This document shows positions 9,399-17,127 of a stretch of DNA of 64,000 bases, piece by piece (the first letter of the stretch is position 1; each line of letters opens with the position of its first letter). The stretch covers positions 188,807 to 252,806 of the forward strand of contig MEZH01000007.1 of assembly GCA_001775995.1 (NCBI GenBank), in the 5' to 3' direction. The translations under genes were made by a program, and so were the position numbers. The notes below the pieces were generated by a model. It saw nothing but the letters and a program-made list of their open reading frames with translations. It was not told where the DNA came from and did not search any database. The stretch is from Candidatus Bathyarchaeota archaeon RBG_16_48_13. Its GTDB lineage: Archaea; Thermoproteota; Bathyarchaeia; RBG-16-48-13.

Positions 9399-10874
9399 TT
9401 AGCTCCTTCTAGTTGGGAGTTTAATATTGATACATGCCGCTTCTAAGCGGCTGGAAGCTTCGCCCAAGTCTCTAGTACGTCTTTCTAGCCAATTAGTGTC
9501 CTTCTCCAACCCTTTTCTTCTTTTCTTTAAGCTCTTTCCGACCTCTGTAGGGGAAGGACCGCCCACCACTTTCTTATTCTTGACGCTGCTAATCGGATCG
9601 AGTATGGCAGAGATTCTTTCTGGTGTCAAAAGAATCTTGCCATCAGTCTCATTTGAGATCAGAACTGAAACCTTTCTTGCATCCCAGTCACTAGTAGCAA
9701 GTTCTTTCACTACCGTCCTCACAATTCTGTAGGCAACCCTAAAAGGAAGACCGAAATCCCTGACCAAGGTATCAGCCAGATCCGTTGCCGTAGAGAGATC
9801 TTCTTTTGCCTCCGACAAAAGCTTTTCAGAGTCGAATTTCACTTCCTTTAATAGCCCCTCCATGACGACGATTGATGAAAGAGTTGCCTCGCATGATAGC
9901 CAGAGATGCTGGGTGGCTTCCTGCAGATCTATGTTATAACTCAGGGGCAGCGCCTTTAGGATAGTAAGGAATGCAATAAGGCTCCCGTATACGCTGCCAG
10001 TCTTTGCCCGAATTAACTCGGCTGTCACAGGGTTCTTCTTTTGGGGCATTATGCTACTAGTTGAGACGTATTGGTCTGGCAACTTTACTATATTGAATTC
10101 GCTGGTAGCCCATATTACTAGTTCCTCAGAAACTGAGCTAAGATCGGCCATTGTCTGTGCCAGAACAAAGAGGATTTCAGCTGCGAAGTCTCTCGAACTG
10201 ACTGCGTCTATTGAGTTTTCTACGATACCATCAAACCCCAATAGGTCAGATACTTCATACCTATCAATATCGAAGCTAGTAGTTGCTAATGCTGCTGCGC
10301 CCATAGGAGATAGATTTAGCCGTTTGTATGCGTCCTTGAGGCGTGCCCAATTTCGTTCCTGCGAGTCGTAATGAGCCATCAATTGATGAGCCAGTGTCAC
10401 GGGTTGTGCTCGTTGGAGATGAGTATAACCTGGCATCACAGTGTATAAGCACTCTTCGCAACGGTTCAAGATAGTCTCTCTAAGCTTTATGAGCGAGCTC
10501 ATTAGGTCTATGACAAAGTTCCTAAGGCATATGCGAATTGCTGTCGCTACTTGGTCATTTCTGCTCTTCCCAGTGTGCATTCTCCCGCCGACCTCTTCTC
10601 CGATGATCTGAACTACTTTTTGCTCTAGATTCATATGTATGTCTTCGAGTTTAGGGTCCATATTGGTGAGATCGACTTTGTTTAACGCTTCTAAGAGAGC
10701 TGCGCCTTCACTTTTGGAGAGTATTCTCTTATTGGCAAGCATCACAATATGGGCTTTGTTTATATCAATGACGCCCTTCGCTAAGTATGTATCATCTTTT
10801 ATTGAGGACGTGAATTTTGCTATTGATTCTGATCGGGGTCCCAAAAGGCCATCCCTTAGGAGATCACCTGACAC
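9399..10874 (-). CDS. argH: Argininosuccinate lyase
   Basis: 491 aa of the fumarate-lyase family (GSSIMPQKKNP signature). Confidence 0.92.
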   Translation of the reverse strand: MSGDLLRDGLLGPRSESIAKFTSSIKDDTYLAKGVIDINKAHIVMLANKRILSKSEGAALLEALNKVDLTNMDPKLEDIHMNLEQKVVQIIGEEVGGRMHTGKSRNDQVATAIRICLRNFVIDLMSSLIKLRETILNRCEECLYTVMPGYTHLQRAQPVTLAHQLMAHYDSQERNWARLKDAYKRLNLSPMGAAALATTSFDIDRYEVSDLLGFDGIVENSIDAVSSRDFAAEILFVLAQTMADLSSVSEELVIWATSEFNIVKLPDQYVSTSSIMPQKKNPVTAELIRAKTGSVYGSLIAFLTILKALPLSYNIDLQEATQHLWLSCEATLSSIVVMEGLLKEVKFDSEKLLSEAKEDLSTATDLADTLVRDFGLPFRVAYRIVRTVVKELATSDWDARKVSVLISNETDGKILLTPERISAILDPISSVKNKKVVGGPSPTEVGKSLKKRRKGLEKDTNWLERRTRDLGEASSRLEAACINIKLPTRRS

Positions 10875-10878
10875 TTGC

Positions 10879-12102
10879 CTATTCTCCTTTTTTCTCTAAC
10901 CTTTCAGCGAGGTTGCATGCGGCCCTTGTGGGGAGACCCCATAGCTCAATAAATCCCGTAGCCGAAGATTGGTCGAATTTGGAACTCACATCATATGTCG
11001 CCAGATTCTGATCGTATAAGGAGTATTGTGATGAGCGACCTACGACTACGGCAGAGCCTCTGTAGAGCTTCATCTTTACCTCGCCATTGACTCGCTTCTG
11101 GGTTTCATTGACGAAGGCGTCCAAGGCTTTCTTCAATGGGTCTGCCCATAAGCCGGCGTAGGTCATGAAGGACCATTGATCCTCAATTCCCCTCTTGAAG
11201 GACAGTTCATGTCTGGTCAGTACGATCTTTTCAAGGTCTTTATGAGCTTCTAGGACGGTCAGAGCCGCAGGGCATTCGTATACTTCCCTAGATTTTATAC
11301 CCACAATCCTATCTTCAACATGGTCGATGCGTCCCACTCCATGATCACCAGCTACTTTGTTGAGAGCGCGGATCAGTTGAACCCCGTCCTTGATTCCGCC
11401 ATCAAGTCCTACGGGTATTCCTTTTTCAAATTGGATTGTCATGTATTGGGGTTTCTCAGGAGCCTTTTCCGGAGAAACAGTCCATTCGAACGCACCCTCG
11501 GGGGGCTCGGTCAATGGGTTCTCTAACGGACCGCATTCGATGGATCGACCCCATAGATTTTGGTCGATGCTGTAGATGCTCTTCTTTGCGTCTATTGGTA
11601 TTTTGTTCTTCCGAGCGTATCGTACTTCTTCATCTCTACCCATGGACCATTCTCTCATGGGAGCGATGATCTTAACATCTGGTGCCAAAGCTTTAATAGT
11701 GACATCAAATCGGATTTGGTCGTTGCCTTTCCCTGTACAACCGTGGGATATCCCGTCAGCACCTTCCATTCGAGCGACTTCCACCAATTTCTTGGCAATG
11801 AGGGGACGGGCTAAGGCGGTGGAGAGAGGGTACTTGCCTTGGTAAAGTGCATTGGCTCTTATGGCTGGAAAGATGTAGTCTTGAACGAATTCTTTCTTGG
11901 CGTCGATTGGATAGTGTTTCATCACACCCAAGGCATTAGCTTTGTCACCTATCTCTTGGAGGTTCTCCGCTTGCCCAACATCTATGGTTACGGTCACTAC
12001 TTCTGAACGGTATTTCTCTTGGAGCCATTTGATTGCAACAGAGGTGTCCAGTCCTCCAGAATATGCCAATACTACTTTACTGACGCGTTGGTTTGTATTC
12101 AT
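10879..12102 (-). CDS. argG: Argininosuccinate synthase
   Basis: ORF to 12198. It has VVLAYSGGLDTS and GCTGKGNDQ motifs. Start placed at MNTNQRVSKVVLAYSGG (12102); alternatives are 12120 and 12198. Confidence 0.92.
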   Translation of the reverse strand: MNTNQRVSKVVLAYSGGLDTSVAIKWLQEKYRSEVVTVTIDVGQAENLQEIGDKANALGVMKHYPIDAKKEFVQDYIFPAIRANALYQGKYPLSTALARPLIAKKLVEVARMEGADGISHGCTGKGNDQIRFDVTIKALAPDVKIIAPMREWSMGRDEEVRYARKNKIPIDAKKSIYSIDQNLWGRSIECGPLENPLTEPPEGAFEWTVSPEKAPEKPQYMTIQFEKGIPVGLDGGIKDGVQLIRALNKVAGDHGVGRIDHVEDRIVGIKSREVYECPAALTVLEAHKDLEKIVLTRHELSFKRGIEDQWSFMTYAGLWADPLKKALDAFVNETQKRVNGEVKMKLYRGSAVVVGRSSQYSLYDQNLATYDVSSKFDQSSATGFIELWGLPTRAACNLAERLEKKGE

Positions 12103-12283
12103 TTCTAATAAAGACTCCATATTGCTTCTATTTTGTTCATGGAGTCCTCTTAAGGACTTTAAAGTTGCTAATAAATATTTCTTATATCGATGCAACAAAG
12201 ATATGAAGTTTCAACATTTCATCAAGCGTTTTGTTGAATTTCCCTCGGATTTTTTGGCATTCTGCGTGAGAATGCATCATATG

Positions 12284-12817
12284 CTAGTTCTTTCCCAAGT
12301 CCCAGTATTTCCATGCCCAACCGCTGTAAACCAGCATCTGAGCCTTTGCCAGATCTATCTTGCTTTCTTGGTCAAGAATCTCCTCATCTACATGGGTAGC
12401 CACGACTTCTCCTACGACCAGTCGTGGGATTTCGGTGCACCAATCACCAATTTCTGCCTCAATATGCATTCCATGTTCACTGGGCATTCCTCTATCAGGG
12501 GTGATTTGCTTTTTCCGGAATTAATCGGAGTCAGTCCGGTTGCCTCGAACTTGTCCACATTTTTGTCGGAGGAGCGAGTTCCTATGAAATCGGTCTCCCA
12601 CAATAATTCGATTGTGGGAAGTTTACAACGAAATCCTCCGTTCCTCAATTAGTCTGTAGGAATGGCGGAATGGGTATATTCCTATGCCGAGAATTGGCGG
12701 ATTTGAGCTGATGTGTGTGACCGCCCACAAGGTAATTATGTTTGGCTTTTCATTCCTCCCTACGCATGATACTAGAGCCACTGGAAGAACTGGCAAGACA
12801 GATGAATTCTTTTCCAT
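12284..12817 (-). pseudogene. Flavin reductase-like (FMN-binding split-barrel, COG1853) gene broken by two frameshifts
   Basis: Three consecutive ORFs in three frames (12623..12817, 12412..12648, 12284..12487) together spell one family-typical protein (PVALVS..KPNIITL.., ..LPT..DF.G..S..D.DKFE.TGLTP..ECPVNMEC, ..VGEVV..HVDEE). The frame changes fall near 12645 and 12470. Confidence 0.7.
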
Positions 12818-12952
12818 GCCTCTTCATAAGGAAACCCCTTTTGAATGTGATATGCAAAATAGATTCTTGAGCTTTTGGACGTGACAAGTTATTGTTCCCC
12901 ATAAACTTGAGGATTGCTATATTCAAGATCATTGACAAGATTCTTTGGAGAA

Positions 12953-13612
12953 ATGTCCCGAGGGGTATCCCATTTGATTGGTGACGAAATAGTTGCGAGA
13001 TTAAGGGAGTATTTCCCAATAAGATGGTCGCAGCCCACAAACGGATTTGGCAGTTTAATCCGGACAATTCTCTCTCAAAACACAAACTTCAGAAATGAAG
13101 ATTCAGCGTATAAGACCCTTGACAAAAGGATTGGTGTTAGTCCAGAAGCGTTAGCCAGTGCAAGTATTGATGATGTTATGGATTCCATAAGATCAGCGGG
13201 ACTCTATAGAAACAAGGCTCCCCGAATAGTCGAATTGGCAAGAATCGTGCTTGAGAAATATTGCGGTGATCTGTCGTCACTCTTGAAAAAGAACTACGAT
13301 GAAGCCAAGGAAGAGTTAATGACACTGCCAAGCGTTGGTATGAAAACAGCTGATGTCTTCTTGCTCTTTCAGGGCAATAAGGCGGTCATCCCGATTGACA
13401 CCCACATTTTCAGGATTTCGAGAAGGCTAGGCTTTGCTCCTAAGACCTCCAATCATGATGAGGTCAGGAGAGCGTTGGAGGCAGTATTTAGACCAGAAGA
13501 CTACCGTGACATTCATCTATTGCTGATACAATTGGGAAGGGAGGTCTGCACGGCCAGAAAAGCCAAGTGCATTATTTGCCCTTTGGCAGACATCTGCCCC
13601 AAACTGATATAA
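12953..13612 (+). CDS. nth: Endonuclease III-like HhH-GPD DNA glycosylase
   Basis: HhH motif (LPSVGMKTADVFLL) and a C-terminal 4Fe-4S loop (C..ARKAKCIICPLADIC). ORF from 12914 (TTG); ATG at 12953. Confidence 0.85.
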   Translation: MSRGVSHLIGDEIVARLREYFPIRWSQPTNGFGSLIRTILSQNTNFRNEDSAYKTLDKRIGVSPEALASASIDDVMDSIRSAGLYRNKAPRIVELARIVLEKYCGDLSSLLKKNYDEAKEELMTLPSVGMKTADVFLLFQGNKAVIPIDTHIFRISRRLGFAPKTSNHDEVRRALEAVFRPEDYRDIHLLLIQLGREVCTARKAKCIICPLADICPKLI

Positions 13613-13629
13613 AGAATGAAGATTGAAGC

Positions 13630-15117
13630 TTAGCCTTTTATCACAGCCAAGGGCACAAGTCTGGCAACCTTCGTCGCTATTCTGAGATCGTGGCTGACTT
13701 GGACTACTTCGTCGACATTCTTGTATGCTGGATCGGCTTCTTCGGCCAAGACAACTGATGAGGCTGCTCGTACAACCATCCCTCGACTCTCAAGCTCCTT
13801 CTTGACCTCATTCCCCCAGAAACTCTTCTTGGCCATGGTTCGGCTTAGCATTCGACCAGCTCCGTGAGCAGTGCTCCCCCAGGTAATATCCATGGCATGT
13901 GGTGCGCCGACCATGACCCAGGAGCTGGTTCCCATGGATCCAGGTATTATTACTGGCTGTCCGACAGATCGATATGCGGAGGGTATTGCTGGATGTTCTG
14001 GTGGAAAAGCTCGAGTAGCTCCTTTTCTATGAACGATGACCTTTTTGATGCTACCATCAACAGCGTGTTCCTCGATCTTTGCTATATTGTGCGCAACGTC
14101 ATAAACGACTTTTAAGCCCATTTTGTCTGCTTGGGCATGGAAAGCCTGTTCGAAGGATTGACGAACCCAATGAGTGATCGCTTGTCTATTGCTAAATGCA
14201 AAGTTGACCGCGCTGGCCATTGCCTTATAGTAATCTTCAGCCTCATTACTGCTAGCTGGAGCACAAGCCAATTCTCTATCTGGGAGTGAGATTTTATACT
14301 TGTCTATGGCGCGTTCCATAACTTGGAGATAGTCGCTGCAAATCTGGTGACCAAAACCTCGACTTCCCGTATGAATCATCACCGTAATCTGATCAGGTTC
14401 CATCAAACCGAAGGCTTTCGCAGTTTGGGTGTCGAAGATCTTGTCGATTTTTTGAATTTCAACAAAATGATTGCCACTGCCCAAGGTTCCGATTTGCGAT
14501 TCACCTCTATCTTTTGCGGTCTTGGAGACTTTCTCTGGATCTGCGTTCTTCATGAAGCCGTTCTCTTCACAGTAATTCGGATCTTCAGGCCAACCCAGAC
14601 CTCTTTTCTCAATTAACCAATTAACGCCTTCTAGAGCAATCTTGTCCAGCTCAGCTCCACTAACTCTGAAATCTTTTCGGCGACTTCCCAAGCCACTCGG
14701 TACGTTTTGAAAGATTGAGGTTGCCAAATCGGCAAGTTTTGGTCGTATGTCATTCAGGGTTAGGTTTGTGGAAAGAAGTCGGACACCGCAGTTTATACTA
14801 TTGGAGGGCTAGCTCACAATATTTATATCGTATCCGACTCCGCCCGGACTAATTACTCCCGATTCATAATCGGTAGCTGCTACTCCACCTATGGGGAAAC
14901 CGTAGCCTTCATGACCGTCCGGCAAAACAATACTGGATTTGTAGATACCCTTGAGGTGCGCCACATTCACTCCTTGCTCTATGGTCCTGTCGAGCTGCAT
15001 TTTTTTTAGAAGTTCTTCGTTGGCAAATATCGTGCAAGGCACTCTCATGCCCGATCTATACGAGGGTGGCAGACGCCAAGTGTTCTTATCGATTCGTTCT
15101 AGGGGAAAATGAGACAT
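13630..15117 (-). CDS. rtcB: tRNA-splicing ligase RtcB, reading frame interrupted by a 30-nt TAG-containing insert
   Basis: ORFs 14809..15117 and 13630..14727 are in the same frame and together cover a full RtcB ([22 protein letters not shown]|[29 protein letters not shown]). Removing 30 nt gives 485 aa. Confidence 0.9.
14792..14821 (-). other. Putative 30-nt BHB-like mRNA intron in rtcB (register ambiguous by up to 6 nt because of a UAUAAA direct repeat)
   Basis: The insert encodes IVS*PSNSIN between DIN and CGVRL. A 12-bp exon-exon helix (14830-14841 with 14775-14786), an internal hairpin, and a UAUA/UAUA central helix with an AAC bulge at the 3' junction support a splice-site structure. 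Confidence 0.5.
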
Positions 15118-15482
15118 TATTACCCATCCTAAAAGAACTAGAAAATGGACTTCGATTTTAACCTATTCGAATCAGCTTGTCATTTCTTGTATGTGGTCTA
15201 GGGTAGTTCAAGATCCAAGAATTGTTGCATCCAGCTGAGGTTTCTCGTTTCTTTCTTGATATCATAATGGTGAAGGGAAGGACTTATGCTCAGAGCCAAA
15301 CTGCCGTTCAAGGCATCTAAATATCTCGCATTCAGAATATTTTTCTTTCTAAGAAGTGTTCAAATGCGCAGAGTTCTGACTCAGGGGGGAAACTTTGCCC
15401 CGCGAAGTAGGTGGCAGAAGTCCCATTTCCTTTTTGAGAGTCTTTGGACAAAGACTAGATCATGAAATGAAGCAATGCCGTG

Positions 15483-15886
15483 TCAGCGTTTCAAGGACTG
15501 GTGCACATTCCTCCCACAACTATTTCTGAGAGAACCCAGTATTATCCTTCTTTTCAGACGAAGCTCTTGATCCTTGAGATACTGATGGCGCTCAATTGAC
15601 CTGTACGAAAGAACAAGGCGCTCTGCAACAAGTTCTCCCAAAAAAGCTTGTTGCATGTCCTTCTCAAAAAGCAACCCATCAATAGTGACTAGGGAAACAT
15701 TGAATTGATTCTCCTTCTCGAAGGAAAATCGCACTAGCTTCTGATAGTCTTGCAGGACTGCAGCTATCCAGAGCCAACCTTTTCCGCTCTGGGTTAACGC
15801 GTAAAAAAAACCGTGGCCACAACCTTATACTCTGCAAGTTTCTTTTGCAACATGCGACTTTCTAGAGGAACTTCGTCCTTCTGCAT
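15483..15886 (-). CDS. Hypothetical protein that needs a -1 frameshift at a U8 tract, or a pseudogene
   Basis: ATG at 15886 opens MQKDEVPLESRMLQKKLAEYKVVATVFF and stops two codons after the T8 run (15803-15810). The -1 frame continues YALTQSGKGW...VRFSFEKE... to 15483. No family recognised. Confidence 0.3.
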
Positions 15887-15926
15887 ATCAACCGATTCCT
15901 CGGAATCAAAGTCCTGCGATCTTCCA

Positions 15927-16361
15927 TTATACATCCAGAATGAACCTTAAGGTCGTCTTCCCTTTTCTTTCGGAAATCGCCATTCTGTGATACGTTATGG
16001 CCTTGACGCCAACTCTCGACGGGTGCCGTTCTCCATCATAAGTTTCCCCATATATTGTGGCCTCCAGATGGAAGATTTTCCACCGCATTTCTATTTTTTC
16101 TACTTGAAATCTTGAGTACACGTTGTTGTCTATTTCGAATTTTAGGATTAATTGTTCCAGCCACTTATATAGGAGTTCATGTTTGTCTCTTGCCTCTACA
16201 ACTATTGTCTCTCGTTTCGTTGGCTTCACAGTGCTAGTATCAATCATGACCTCGAACAAAGCCAATGCAGCGTCTTCGAAAGATTTTCCGATGGTTGGGC
16301 CCCAAGCTTCCACATATACATCGGCTGTATGTTCAAGAAATCTAAATCCCACTTGAATCAA
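15927..16361 (-). CDS. Archease (RtcB activator)
   Basis: 144 aa with the N-terminal F.FLEHTADVYVEAWG signature of archease. Located near rtcB. Confidence 0.9.
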   Translation of the reverse strand: MIQVGFRFLEHTADVYVEAWGPTIGKSFEDAALALFEVMIDTSTVKPTKRETIVVEARDKHELLYKWLEQLILKFEIDNNVYSRFQVEKIEMRWKIFHLEATIYGETYDGERHPSRVGVKAITYHRMAISERKGKTTLRFILDV

Positions 16362-16470
16362 CTAAGAGATATTTCATTACGCAGTAGAAAAAGACTTGCA
16401 CGTTCTTCCAGCAAGGTAAGACTTAAGATATTGAGCTACTAGAATCTCAAAATGCCGGGAGATAAGAGGT

Positions 16471-16635
16471 GCCGGGATGACGCGTAAACTAAAAGATTTT
16501 CGCGTCTCGACGGCTGAGTGGACTAACACGCCCAGACGATGCGTGGCCCAAAAGCGCCGGCCTTGAGCCGGTCATAAGCAAGAGAGCCGGTGGCCCTTCT
16601 GGGTCTCAAGGGTTCAAATCCCTTTCCCGGCGCCA
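16471..16635 (+). tRNA. tRNA-Ser(UGA) with three introns, CCA encoded
   Basis: Acceptor GCCGGGA/TCCCGGC, G73, T-arm AAGGG-TTCAAAT-CCCTT, and a long variable arm TGGCCCTTCTGGGTCTC. Introns are at 16479-16511 (33 nt, position 8/9), 16526-16551 (26 nt, D-loop) and 16568-16584 (17 nt, 37/38). Each has a 4-bp helix plus 3-nt bulges. The mature tRNA is 89 nt with anticodon loop CUUGAGA. Confidence 0.85.
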
Positions 16636-16710
16636 TTCCATCCTTGGCAAGAACCAAAAATTCAATCAGCAATGAATGGTTTCGAGTCATTCAATTCTGA
16701 TCGATTTCTA

Positions 16711-17019
16711 TTAGACCAATTCAATTTCTATATATATGTCGTCTGGAACTTTAATTCGCATGACGCGTCTCATGGCCCGTTCATTAGCGTCTATATCTAT
16801 CATTCTCTTATGAACTCGGAGCTCGTATTTGTCGTAAGTATGTGTTCCCTCTCCACATGGTGATTTCCTCACCGGGACTAACAATCTTTTGGTGGGTAAA
16901 GGCATAGGCCCAGCTATCTTAACCCCCGTCTTTTCGGCGATGTCTCTCAATTCATCGCATATGATTTGAAGTTTCTTTGGGTCGGTGCTGGTCAACCTAA
17001 TTCTAGCTTTCTGAACCAT
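16711..17019 (-). CDS. rps10: 30S ribosomal protein uS10
   Basis: 102 aa beginning [17 protein letters not shown]..., directly downstream of EF-1alpha. Confidence 0.93.
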   Translation of the reverse strand: MVQKARIRLTSTDPKKLQIICDELRDIAEKTGVKIAGPMPLPTKRLLVPVRKSPCGEGTHTYDKYELRVHKRMIDIDANERAMRRVMRIKVPDDIYIEIELV

Positions 17020-17127
17020 GTAGTTTTGCTCCGAACATGAAACATTGGGGCTGAAGCTATGAGATTCTGTGGGGCTTATTTAATGCTTTTGTCTCCTTCA
17101 AAAAGAAGAGGGTAGAGAAGAAAAAAG

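Noticed and set aside
11942-12652. 236-aa plus-strand ORF
   Set aside because: It lies antisense to the argG 5' end and the flavin-reductase pseudogene. Its composition is typical of a shadow ORF.
14809-14811. In-frame TAG in rtcB as pyrrolysine, a programmed read-through codon or an alternative genetic code
   Set aside because: Read-through would insert 10 residues directly before the metal-binding Cys of the invariant DINCGVR motif. TAG, TAA and TGA all terminate ordinary genes elsewhere in the window.
14792-14821. Intein in rtcB (RtcB hosts inteins in some archaea)
   Set aside because: The insert is only 10 codons, contains a stop codon, and has no intein blocks (no Cys/Ser-start...HN-end architecture).
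16453-16477. Direct repeat TGCCGGGA (16453-16460 and 16470-16477) at the tRNA-Ser 5' end as an integration-site (att) duplication
   Set aside because: It is only 8 nt, with no integrase or foreign DNA nearby. It is more simply a chance repeat or leader sequence near the transcription start.
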